Assembly: GCA_963575745.1 (NCBI GenBank)
Contig: CAUYUJ010000325.1
Location: 310,001 to 374,000 of the forward strand
Source of the DNA: Prorocentrum cordatum
Taxonomy: Eukaryota
Reading direction: 5' to 3'
DNA: 64,000 nucleotides
Every line of letters starts with the position of its first letter. Position 1 is the stretch's first letter. The notes under the pieces were generated by a model. It saw nothing but the letters and a program-made list of their open reading frames with translations, did no database searches and was not told the DNA's origin. This document shows, piece after piece, positions 1-11,157 of the stretch. The position numbers were made by a program, and so were the translations under genes.

Positions 1-384
1 CGACGACGACGCAAAGCGACGGCACCAGGCCCATCGGTGTCCACCACAACCCGACGCAAAACGACATACAATGTCACGTCCACATTGTGGGCCACTCTCA
101 AATGGACCAGCGTCAAACTCAGAGATAGCGTCTCGGGCGGAGCCACTGCAGTCGGAGTCGGCCTCGGGGGTGTCCTTAAATGGGCCAGCGGCAAGCTAGG
201 GGCTATTGCCACGGGTGGAGTCGTGTGTGGTCTTCTACTCGTCGGTGCCAAACTTCTTGCCCAGGGAGCTGTCGGACACGTAGGAGCCCGCATCTGTGCG
301 CGGGCCCTGGACTCATCCACTGCCCAGTGGTGCCTCCGCTGATGCCAACCGAGCAGGAGGCCGAGGGACGAGGCCACATACAAA

Positions 385-1572
385 ATGCCGTGCACGCTCG
401 CCGACGAACACGACGACCAGCATGTGCACGCACTCCGACATCCGCTGCTACAGGAACACTACGCCGCAGCAGTTGCCGCCGCAGCCGCCGACGTCACCAC
501 CGCCACCACCGCCGCCATCGTCGAAGTCACTGCCGCCGTATCGCGAGCCTCGTCTGTCACACCAAGATCGACCAGCCCGACTCCACGAGACGGCTCCAAG
601 AGCGGCGCGACATTCGGCAACCTACCGACTAACGAGGATGCCACAGCACACGGCAGCGACACCGAGGCAAGGGAAACGCGTGAACGCACCCATAATAGCC
701 CGTGGTCTATCTTCCGACACGCTGACGCTCGTGGTTCCTCCCCCGACGCGGACACCCAACCACCACGACGGCGAGCACGCTATGCATCACCCGACAGGCC
801 CCAGGCGCCTTCAGGCCCTGGTACGCCTTACACTGCCCTCAAGCCACCGACACGCAACTTACGCAACACCATTCAGCGCGACCCAGCGGTCCCCGAGCCG
901 CCGAAGAGCATACTTAACGCCCTGTATCAAAACGGCTTTGCGCTAGGGAACAGTGGCGTGTCTACAGAGGACATCAAAGACGCTCTACGACTCCACGACC
1001 ACCCTCGATTCACTCATGATCCAACACTCCAAGCGCTGGGGCCGTGGACGGACATCATGCAGAGGCCACCGAACCGCCTCACTTGGGTGCTCGAAGACTC
1101 GGGCGGAAACCCGGGCGAGACAATCTTCCCATACCTCACGTGGGACCTCCGCCAACCCACCACCGACGCGCCCACTGTCTTCTGGCATGGGACCCGCGGC
1201 GACCTTGCGGCCCGTCTTGCTGCCAGTGGAGGGCACCTCTTGCCAGGCCCCCGCCGTGAAGCGAAGGGCCGAACTGGCACCAACGTTGGCCGCACGTACG
1301 CGAGCGTGCACCCTTCGCTTGCCGCGTGGTACGCAATGCCGCCCCACCCGCCTTACAGTCTTGAAGACGACGCCCTCGCGTGGGGACCCATCGCACTCTG
1401 GATGTGCGAGGCCACCCAACCACCGCGCGGGGAAAACAGGCACAACTACGTGAAAGGGGAGGCCCACGGAGCGCGCCTCATTTACCCTCGGGTCCTGAGC
1501 CTCCTCATCCGCATGGACTGGTGTGCCCCCACAGAAGCTGCTTCCAGGTGCCGTGCCCTTCCACACGCCTAA
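385..1572 (+). CDS. ORF1 segment with PARP-like ADP-ribosyltransferase catalytic domain (~1170-1520)
   Basis: Motifs VFWHGT (His 1186), GRTYAS (Tyr 1297), LAAWYAMP, LWMCEA and NYV...LIYP match the order of H-G-T / Y-x-S / A-x-x-Y-A / E-Y-V / I-Y-P elements in ARTD/PARP domains. Same frame as ORFs 37-342, 1576-2409 and 2587-3672. Confidence 0.6.
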   Translation: MPCTLADEHDDQHVHALRHPLLQEHYAAAVAAAAADVTTATTAAIVEVTAAVSRASSVTPRSTSPTPRDGSKSGATFGNLPTNEDATAHGSDTEARETRERTHNSPWSIFRHADARGSSPDADTQPPRRRARYASPDRPQAPSGPGTPYTALKPPTRNLRNTIQRDPAVPEPPKSILNALYQNGFALGNSGVSTEDIKDALRLHDHPRFTHDPTLQALGPWTDIMQRPPNRLTWVLEDSGGNPGETIFPYLTWDLRQPTTDAPTVFWHGTRGDLAARLAASGGHLLPGPRREAKGRTGTNVGRTYASVHPSLAAWYAMPPHPPYSLEDDALAWGPIALWMCEATQPPRGENRHNYVKGEAHGARLIYPRVLSLLIRMDWCAPTEAASRCRALPHA

Positions 1573-2405
1573 GGCATGGGCGACTGCGCGCACGCCCTCC
1601 ACATCGCTGGCTACGATCATCCAGATCTCCGTGAGGCGGCTGAAGCTCACGACCAGGAAGCTAGCACCAGGCGCAGATCAACCATCGCGGCAGCATGGCC
1701 ACCACCGCAGGCGCTCTACTCCCCAGAAGCGGCGCGAGCATGGGCCAAACAGCACGACGACACGGAAGCAGCCACCAGGGACGACCCTAACCACAAAAAA
1801 AAAACCAAAACCAAAATAAACCAACCAAAAAAACCAATAAAACATAAAAAAAAAACAACCAAAAACCAAGAAAACAACCAAAAAAACAAAAGAAGAAAAA
1901 CAAAACCAAGAAAGAAACAAAGCAAAACCAAACAAAAAAAACAACATAGAAAAAAACAACCAAAAAAAACCCATACAAAACAAACCACCAACAGAACACC
2001 AAACCAAAAAAAAAACAACCAGCCCCGCCAACGCGTCTCGCTTCACATACTCCAGCTGGACCCGAAACCACTCATCGACCTGGTGTACACTGGCTTGCAA
2101 GCTGTCCCCGTGCGGGGGCACCCTGACGCACGCGGGTCGCGCCCCAGCGGCTCCAGCCCTGGGGCCGCGGCGGGCCCACCACGCACGTACAAGTCAGGCA
2201 CAGCCTTAGCGCACAGTCCAGACCGCTCATCGACGTCATCTGGAGTCGACGAACGCCGTACGCCTTCCCTCATCAGCGCGGCCGCCGCCCTCGCCCGAGG
2301 CCGTGCCCGTCCACGACGATCTGCCTCTCGCTCGTCACGACAGAGTGACGGGAACTCCCCCTCAGACAACAGCGGCATCGAGACGTGGGTAAAAAAAAAA
2401 AGAGG

Positions 2406-2456
<51 letters not shown>

Positions 2457-2586
2457 ATAAAACAAGAGAAAAAGGAAAAGAAAAAATAAAACAAAAAAAA
2501 AAAAAGAAAAATAAAAAAAAGAAAGAAGAAAGAAAAGACAAAAAAATATAAAAAAAAATAAAAAAGTAGAAAAACAAAGCCACATT

Positions 2587-3560
2587 GTGACGGAGGAGGA
2601 GCCGACTGCCTACCACGTCCTCGCCTACCACGTTCGTGATGTGCGGTCCCGTGTCAATGCCCCTGGCATCGAGGTCTGGCTCGACCCTGGTGATCACCAC
2701 GATGGTGCCTACTTACCGTGGGGGACGACAGTCATGGGCCACCGCGTTATTGACCCTGCGGTGGATGGGCGTGACGGCTGGGTCATCCTCCACCACGACC
2801 ACGGCGACACCACTACTAAGCTCTGGGCACCGACCCAAGTCCACGTCAAAGCGGACGACTCCTGGCGCACCGTCATGGTACCAGCGGACATGGGGCCCCA
2901 GTGGATCAGGTGCCATGCCGAGGACGCACGCCTCCCCGCCGAGGTTGTCCGCACTACAGGCCAATCCTGGTTTGCTGACGTCTGGCCCTTGTGGGATCGC
3001 CCGAGACCCCACCCAGACGACCCAGGCACAAATGAGCATGCGCTCCCGCCTTTACCAGGACGCTGGTCTTGCCTACAGTGTCGATTCCAATGCTGTCAGT
3101 ACTGTGCGGCTCGCCGCAACACGCAGCTCGGCACCTCGGGCCAACCAACGTGCCCAGACTGCGGCCGCAGCGGACTGCGTACACTCATGGACTGGTCCAC
3201 GGACTACTCGTGCAACAGTTGGACGTGTGCATACAGCACCAACAACAGGGACTCCGACACATGCTGCCTGTCCAGCAGGTGCCCCCACCCCCCCAGGCCA
3301 CACAACCTGCTCGACGTCCGTGCCACAGGGATGCCGCCGCACATCCTTGCCCGCCAATTCGGCAACGCGCCAGCCCTCCACGACCTCAAGGAACCCCCCC
3401 GAGCGCCTTCAGGCCCCGGGGGGGAACCTCCACAACCAGGGCAAGCAGGCTACCAGGGTCAATGGTACTCCCACCGCAGCCGCGGCGCGTCCCCAGGCAG
3501 GGACTGCCTGACGGCACAAGGCGGCCACCTGGATTCACAGGAACGGGGATGCCCGAAGAA
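2587..3560 (+). CDS. ORF1 segment with Cys-rich zinc-finger-like region
   Basis: WSCLQCRFQCCQYC...TCPDCG...YSCNSWTC...CCLSSRCPHP at ~3064-3290. Protein-like sequence continues in the 3069-6755 frame after ~3550, implying a frameshift. Confidence 0.5.
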
Positions 3561-5843
3561 CCTTCCCCCGACCAACCGCTTTGGAGGGAAGGCTACGTGC
3601 TCTTCAGTCCCCACCAGGCCCTCAAGGAGGAATTCACCTTCAACAAGACGGTCCGCCGACCCTACTCCCTAGCCATTACCAACATGTACAGGGATCGTGT
3701 CACGGTCAGGACCGTCTGCGAGTCGATCGCCGAGCGCATCCACACTACCCGCACCCGCTGGCGAGATGTGGTACTGTACTGGGACGCCGAGGGTGGTCCT
3801 GGGCCTCAAGCCCTCGACTACGACATGCGACTCTGCGACGCCATGGTGAGCCGTGCCACGACCGAAGCCGAGCTAAACCACGACCGCAGCAACCGTGGTA
3901 GTTTCTGCCTCTATGGACCAGCGCACCAGCGAGCCGTCAACATCACGGCGATCTCAGAGCCGCAGAACATCGACTACATGGAGCATGTGCGGCGATACTC
4001 ACCCGTAGGGGGGACCTACCCTGACCACGCCTTCGAGCACGTCTATCGGGGCTGGCAGCGGCCCGACGTGCCCACCATCCTCCCCGACACCCGTCCCCTC
4101 TCGAGAGCCGACTGGCAGCGTCACCAACAGCACCAGCAGCGCATCCAGCAGCGGGACCAACGTGACGCAGGACAGCACGGCACGCCACGCTACCGCTCCC
4201 CCGCGCGAGTCCCGACAGGCGGTAACACGGCCTACGACGGGGTTGCCGCCTACTACCGTGGCCCCATAGGCGCCAGGCCCGCGGCTGCTGGAGCAGCCGC
4301 CTCCAGCTACGGCCACGCCCCCCACGCCAGGGTACACCCAGCGGTCATCGGCTACCCGCGTGCACCCGTGCAGGCCCTAAGGGCCACCTCGCCAGTGCCA
4401 GGGTCCACGCGCGCCTGGGGCCTTTACTCAGGCCGACATGATGGCACCTCCAGCAACCAGCCCGCAGTGATAACCCCTGCGGCTTCAGCCCAGGGGGCTG
4501 CAACAAACCGTGGCAGGGCTGGGCGCCCCGAAGGATGGCGTGATGCGAACGTGCGCGCTTGGCAACCTCGCCAGCACACGCCCCCGCCAAACGTAGCTGC
4601 AGCACTGCGCCCTGCCCAGGCAAAACCTGCCCCACCTGAGCGGGAGAGGCAGCCGCTTACCCCGCTCGTCCTCACGCACATCCAGGCGCATCACAGCGCC
4701 TCCCCGCGGCACAGCGAGGGAAGCGCCCACCACGTCAGCCCCCGCCCCGACGCGGTCGACCCCGACCAGGCCACAGCCACGGCGGAAGGCGGCACAAGCG
4801 CCTCTCGCCAGCCCAGCCCATCACCCTGCGCGGCGCCGATCCGATCCCCGAGCAGGGCGGATTCCGAGCGCGCTAATGCCCAGGCGACCTCGCCACGCGA
4901 CCGCCACACGGGCGGGCGCGTCCCGCGCAGCAGGACCTGCAGCCGCCACAGTTCACGCAAGGCCCCAGGGAGCTCCACGAGCTCGCCGCCTCGCGAGACT
5001 CAGGCCGATGGCCGAGCCCCCGAAGTGGTGCCACGCTTCGGAGCCAGCGTCATCGATCCTGGCCAGGTCGACCTCGAGCCGACGCCGTCCACGGACCACG
5101 AGCCGCCGCTGCCCACCCGCGTGATCGTCCCCATCGACGAGGCGCCAACCTTCGACCCGTTCAAGAACAAGTACCGTGTCAAGAACCTTGTGGCGGGTTT
5201 CGGCGGGGGCTCACCGCTCTCACCTCAGAGTCGGGGCGGAGCCCCCGCCACCTCGGCTGCTACCGCGGCAGCGGCGGCCCCGCGGGGAATCAGCCCTGTC
5301 CGCAACGTGGGCCTCACGGCAGCGGGCATGGACGAGGCCCAGCGCCAGGCCTCCGACCGTGCTGCTGGAGCTGTTCCACCAGATGCTGCTCATCAAGATA
5401 CTGACGGGGCGGGCGCGCCACCGCAGGAGGGACCAGCGGTGTCGCGTGCGCAGTACATGCGCGTGCGTTGTGCCGCCGCCGCGCCTGGCCGCCGCCGCTG
5501 GTTCGCTTTTGTTTTTGTGTTCGGCAGGACGGATCGAGGAGTCGCCTCCCTCTCCCTCTGCTGCCGTATCACCTCTCCTCCCCTCGTCCCCTACGGTACT
5601 GGAGTGAGGAGGAATTTTCGTGACATTTTTACTGACATTTATGAACCCCCCCTGGCGCAGTGCCGACCGTGTCCCGCCTATATTTCTGGCCTGACGGCGG
5701 CTTCAGCCCCGGTCAAGCTAATCCATAGGAACGCCATGAGCTCCTACTGTGGCCAAGCCTCCTACCTGGGCGAGGGTCAAGCTGACCTTCACCGTGCGGG
5801 GCGTGCAGACCCCAGTTCCACCGATGGAGACGGGCCAGGTCGC

Positions 5844-6665
5844 TCCATACACCTCGTCAGCCTTAACATCACCAGTCTCTCTGCGAATTGGCCAACCATC
5901 ACCGCCCTTGGTGTCGACCACAACGCCGCAGTCATAGCACTGCAGGAGACCCGACATGCCAAGCCGACTAGACAAGCCATCGCTACCAGCGCCGCCAATC
6001 CACTCCACGGAGGATACCACGCCAGTCTTGGACCTGACCTAGATCTGGCGCGAGCCCAGCGCAGAGCTGCCCACGGCGGCACAGACCACACCGTTGTGGG
6101 CAGCACTGGCGCCTCGGGAGGGGTCGCCATCCTCTCTAAGGATGCCATTGTCGACTCCACTGTCGACGACAATGCGCCCTGTATCGCCGCCCTCAAGGCC
6201 AAGAAAAGATGGCACGAGGTCTTTCTCCCGCTCTGCACTCAACACCGCCGCAGGCGGCGACGAAACAACCACGGGCCCGCGGGGATCTACATAGCGAGCC
6301 TCTACGGGATTGCTGGAGGAGACAGCACAGCTCTTTTTCGGCTCGCTGACTGCGCCGCCGCTAGGGTCGGCTCAGCCCCCTACTTCATCTGCATGGACGC
6401 CAATACGAACATCGACGACAATCCACACCTTCTGCACATGTTGCAGCACGGATGGTTCAACGTTGCTGAGGGCACACCAGACCACACCATGCACACTTAC
6501 GGCAATATCCCTGACTGGGACCGCGTCACCAAGTGCCCCCGCACTTCGCGCATCGATTATATCATTGCCAACCAAGCGGCGCGATCCCTTGTCACCGACT
6601 TCTGCTACCTTCGCGCTTGCCTGCGAAGTCTCACGTTGGCCTGCAGGTCACGCTTGACCTCAGTC
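5844..6665 (+). CDS. Apurinic/apyrimidinic-type (EEP) endonuclease domain of the LINE, frameshifted near 6615
   Basis: SIHLVSLNITSL, VIALQETRH, GGVAILSK, IASLYG, ICMDAN, SRIDYIIAN, then KSHVGLQV in the next frame (ORF 6533-9226). Confidence 0.9.
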
Positions 6666-7768
6666 GCCTCGACCATACGGCCCGACGTCTTCTTGCCCCC
6701 ACGCCCTACCCGCCCGACGATGGAGCTCATGAGGGTCACGAGCTGCAGGCACTAGGGACCCTCATCGCTGGGCGATATCAGGACCGCATGGAGCAGGCCG
6801 ACACACGAGACGACGTGGAGCGCATGTTCGCCCTGGCTAACGAGGCCAGTCATGAGTACCATCTCACCCGTCTGCGCGACCTGCCACCTCCACCGCCCGA
6901 CCACCCAAAAAAGAAGCCCCCCACCATGCACGGGCTCACGCCCACGTTCGAAGATCGACCAGTTGCCCCCCGCGCCTTCCCCACCTACGGAGCTTCCACG
7001 ATACACATGAACCGACTGCGCAAGCTCCATCGGCAACTCTGCGAGCTCCGTTTCATCGGACAGCACCATCATTTGGATTGCCGTGCTATCCCGCCGTACC
7101 TCGCGCAGCGCATCGACTGCACGTGGGCCGCGGCCCGCCTCTTATGCCACAAGCTGCGCCCCACGGTTCTCCTAGACTTCCCCGAGGCCTGGTCCCCCGA
7201 CGAGCCAGTGCCGCACGGAGAGCACCTTGACGTTTTGATCCAACACCTCGACTTGGAGCTGGCGCGACGTGCGAACCGTGCCAAAGCTGAACGCATCAAG
7301 ATATGGGCTGAGGGCGTCCGCGAGCCAAGCGGGCGAAAGGCGGCCATATACGCACGGGCTGCTGACAGCTCGCCCACGGCGTATCTCCGCACGCCTACCA
7401 CTCCTGACGATACGCAACTCCACTGCGACACCAACGCCTTTAAACCTGACGAAGCTTGCACGGACGACAGCGACGCTGACACCGAAGCTGGCGGCTTCAG
7501 CCCCAGCGACGGTAGTTCGCCCGACACGGACAGCGACGAAGACCACACTCGTGAACCACCACCTGCGCAAGTCCCCGACATCCTCCCTGCCAACGCCATT
7601 GTTGCTAACACCAAGGACATGCTGAAGCTCATGGTCGACACCTGGGAGCCCATCTTGGGCAGGTACCGTGCACGTGCGGGACATGACGCCGAAGCCATGC
7701 CGACGTGGGCCGACTTCTACGACGAGTACCGACAGGAGCTGCCTACGCCATCACCAGCTACCCCTTTC

Positions 7769-8700
7769 CACCTTACCGACGACCAACTCATCCACTTCAT
7801 TCGCACCCGTTCACCGCGCCGCGCGGGGGGACTGGACGGCTGGACTACTAAGGAGGCTAAGGAGCTACCCGACGACATTCTTCGCCTCTTCGCCAGCGTC
7901 CTACGCGCTATGCAACGCACTGGCACCATCCCAGAACCCCTCCTCCACGTGCCAAACCCGTGCCTCCGAAAAGGCCGAGGCGAACTCCCAACGGACCAAC
8001 GACTTCTCTCGGTGCTTTCCGTTTGGATGTATGCGTGGGAAGCGCCAGCTTACCGCAGCCTCACGGACTGGCGGAAAGGATGGACCCACGCCACGAGTTT
8101 TGGCGCTGTTCCCAAAGCTACCATTGGGGACGTCAGCACTTCTCTTGCCCTGCGCATCGAACACGCCAGGGCCTTACTCCTTCCCTTAGCTGGAGCTGCC
8201 CTGGACCGACAGAAGTGTTTCGACTACCTCATCACGGACATATGCCTTAACCTTGCGCTTCACGCGGGGTGTCCCCAAGACATCGTTACTGTCCGCAGAA
8301 ACTTCTACAGTCGCCACAAACGCTACATCCGCATGAACGGTGCGTACTCTAAGGAACTGGCCAGGACAAACGGTCACCTCCAGGGAAGCTCTTGGTCCCT
8401 GGACGACATTAAGCTGCTCATGTGTGTTGGACCAAGAGACAGCATCGATACGTTCCGCGATCACTCAGCACTACCTTTGTTGACGACAGCAACTCCACTA
8501 CCCACACCGCGCCCGAGTTGCAGAAATCTCTTGATGAAACCGCCAAGTTTGATCGATTTTCTGGTCAACGCATTCATCCTGGAAAAGTGGCGGGGTGGGC
8601 GCTCACTGACGAGCTTCACACCGCCGTTACCCAGCTCACTTTGGCGGAACGGCCCTTACGCGTGGTCGACTCCTTTAAGCTCGTCGGGAGTTACATCAAC
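7769..8700 (+). CDS. Reverse transcriptase domain of the LINE, frameshifted near 8425
   Basis: RAGGLDGW, LRKG...DQRLLSV, ALDRQKCFD and GHLQGSSWS in ORF 6533-9226. Catalytic FVDD at 8476 and FKLVG in ORF 8422-11157. Confidence 0.92.
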
Positions 8701-11157
8701 GCCGAGGCAGCGCCGGCTCCAGCCGCGCTTAACCTCACGGCCACCGCTGACGCCCGTGTTCGCAGGGCGACTAGTCGCCTGCCGCGCATTGGCAAGCTCC
8801 CATCACCGATGCTTATTAAGGCGCGGCACGCCCGCTCCCTTGCTGCCAGCGTCTGTACCACGGGCACCGACATTCAAGCCCCATCAGGCCCCGTCAAAAC
8901 TGCCTACAACCATGCCCTTAAGGCGGCTATCCGCCCCAAGGGAAACAGGTGGGTCGAGTTTTGGACTCTCATGGCCGTGTGCGTCCCAGGACACGCCCTG
9001 GAGATTGACGCCATTATGCAGCGTGAAGTCTTCCTGTGTCTGCGGCGACAGGTCAACCGCGACGCTACTCTCTGCGGTCTCGTCAGGGATCTCCAACACC
9101 ATGTCCAGACCCTTTTCGGGGGAGGACCTGTTGGACGACTTGTCCAGACGCTTCAGCAGCTCCGTTGGACCTGGCCCACATTTGGCATCATGTACGACGA
9201 CTGGGGCTGTCAGATCAGTTGGCTGAACCTTCCCCAAAACGCCTTCCTTCACATGCTGCGAGCCTCACAACGCAGAGCCTTTCTGAGAAAAATCAAGCCA
9301 CGGCGTCATGACCTTGGACACCTGGCTTCTGTCAGACAGGGCCTCGACCTTTTCGCCAGCACGTGGCTCGCCCGAACGAAAGGAGCAGCCAAATGCAACG
9401 CATGGCAGCTGGCGCTCCTCCTTAACTACCTGTCGGGCGGGGACCACACCCAACAGCGACGATCCCGATCAAACACGTCCGCTGACCCCAGCCCCATCTG
9501 CCGATACTGCGACGAGGAAGAGGAAACTCAGGAGCACACTGTTCGCGACTGCAAGTGCTGGGCCCGAGAAAGAGTCCCTCTTACCACCCTCATCAGTGAC
9601 GAGCAGTGGGCCCGTCTTCCACCGCACACAAGACACTGCGGGCTCTTCGATGAAGACCCAGCCCTCCTCGACCTGCAGGCCGACCTCGCGAGGGACCCGC
9701 TACCTCAGCCCATACCGCGGCCCCCACCTGAGGGAGATCCTGCGGCTTCAGCCCAGGACTCCTACACCACCTACCTTGACCATGACACTGGTTGGACATG
9801 GGTCTACGCTGCCACGGACGGTGCATGCACCAACCAAGCCATCCCATTGCTTGCAAGAGCGGGCTACGGCGTCTACTACGGCATCGACCACCGCATGAAC
9901 TACAGTGCACGCGTTCACGGCATCACGCAGAACGCACAGCTTGCGGAGACCCTCGCCATTGTCCACCTCACGGCATGTGCCGAACGGCCCGTACACGTCT
10001 TCGTGGACAACCAGGCGGTGGTTGACGGTCTCCAAAGGATCATCGACGGACACTCACCACCGCAGGGCACGCACGTGGAGCTCTGGGAAAAGGTCCACCG
10101 ATGTGTCATGGCCAAGCCAAACATGTTCCGCGTCGAGAAAGTCGCTAGCCACCAGGGCGACATGGGCATCGACCTCGGGCTCATCGGGCCCATCGCGGAG
10201 GAGTTCAATCGTCAGGCTGACGCCCTCGCCACAGCGGCGGCACGTACTCATAACCTTCCAGACGACATTGTCGAAGCTGCCAAATCACGACATCGCCAAG
10301 CGACCGTGCTTCATGGAGTCGCTGTCGCCATCTACGAGCGTAGACACCGTACACTCCCCCTCCCACACCGCAGGGCTGGGTTCACAGCTGCGGAACTAAA
10401 CAAAATGGAACCAAATCCCCTGCTGTCTGACCAGGCACCACCCGCGGCTGGACCAGACATCCCACAAAACCCCGACGAGCTCTGGGCCGAGGCCCAACGG
10501 GTGTTATTCGACGAACAGGAGGACGACCCGTTCGGCTTTGGTGGGGGCCTGGACTTCCTGGGCGACGGGCCAGCCAGCGCCAACCCTGCCCCGTCGGGTA
10601 CCCGCACGGCGCCCCCGACTCCGCCATTGAGAGCGGCAGCGCACCCACATGACAACGCCGTTCTTTTTCAAGACGCTGACGAGCAGGACGATGACCTGTT
10701 CAGCTTCGGTGGGGGATCGGACGCTTTGGACGACGGACCAGCCAGCGAAAACCCCGCCCCGTCGGGAAACCTCTCGACCCCTACTGCGACTCCGTCCCCA
10801 AGAGCGATAACGCCCACATACGATGATATCGGCCACCGCCAAGACGCCGACCATGACCTGGGTGACCCCCGAGGACTGAGTGGCATTGAGGACGCACCGC
10901 CGATACCACACGCTGCCGACCATGCCGCCCTACCGAGACGCCAACCTTCTACGCGACCGACCTCAGCGGCCTTGCACGGCATCACGACTGGTCCCACCGC
11001 GCAAACCACTCCGCCTCCCCACCGCCGGCAGCCCGCGGGGGCGGCTTCAGCCCCCCCGCAGGGTACTAAACCAGACAGGCCCTCGTGCCCCATCCACGCT
11101 TCCATCGTTGCTGAGCGAGAGGAAGCGGCTCCCCGACCTCTCGGGGCGTGGCCCTAG
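8422..11157 (+). CDS. LINE C-terminal region: CCHC zinc finger (~9493-9570), RNase H (~9800-10245) and acidic repetitive tail
   Basis: CRYCDEEEETQEHTVRDC; ATDGAC, AQLAETLA, VFVDNQAVVDG, KVASH and NRQADALA give the D-E-D-H-D RNase H pattern. Confidence 0.9.
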   Translation: MCWTKRQHRYVPRSLSTTFVDDSNSTTHTAPELQKSLDETAKFDRFSGQRIHPGKVAGWALTDELHTAVTQLTLAERPLRVVDSFKLVGSYINAEAAPAPAALNLTATADARVRRATSRLPRIGKLPSPMLIKARHARSLAASVCTTGTDIQAPSGPVKTAYNHALKAAIRPKGNRWVEFWTLMAVCVPGHALEIDAIMQREVFLCLRRQVNRDATLCGLVRDLQHHVQTLFGGGPVGRLVQTLQQLRWTWPTFGIMYDDWGCQISWLNLPQNAFLHMLRASQRRAFLRKIKPRRHDLGHLASVRQGLDLFASTWLARTKGAAKCNAWQLALLLNYLSGGDHTQQRRSRSNTSADPSPICRYCDEEEETQEHTVRDCKCWARERVPLTTLISDEQWARLPPHTRHCGLFDEDPALLDLQADLARDPLPQPIPRPPPEGDPAASAQDSYTTYLDHDTGWTWVYAATDGACTNQAIPLLARAGYGVYYGIDHRMNYSARVHGITQNAQLAETLAIVHLTACAERPVHVFVDNQAVVDGLQRIIDGHSPPQGTHVELWEKVHRCVMAKPNMFRVEKVASHQGDMGIDLGLIGPIAEEFNRQADALATAAARTHNLPDDIVEAAKSRHRQATVLHGVAVAIYERRHRTLPLPHRRAGFTAAELNKMEPNPLLSDQAPPAAGPDIPQNPDELWAEAQRVLFDEQEDDPFGFGGGLDFLGDGPASANPAPSGTRTAPPTPPLRAAAHPHDNAVLFQDADEQDDDLFSFGGGSDALDDGPASENPAPSGNLSTPTATPSPRAITPTYDDIGHRQDADHDLGDPRGLSGIEDAPPIPHAADHAALPRRQPSTRPTSAALHGITTGPTAQTTPPPHRRQPAGAASAPPQGTKPDRPSCPIHASIVAEREEAAPRPLGAWP

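Noticed and set aside
8875..8895. Eleventh copy of the LINE hairpin (encodes APSGP)
   Set aside because: Lacks the TYCA loop geometry and a paired outer stem.
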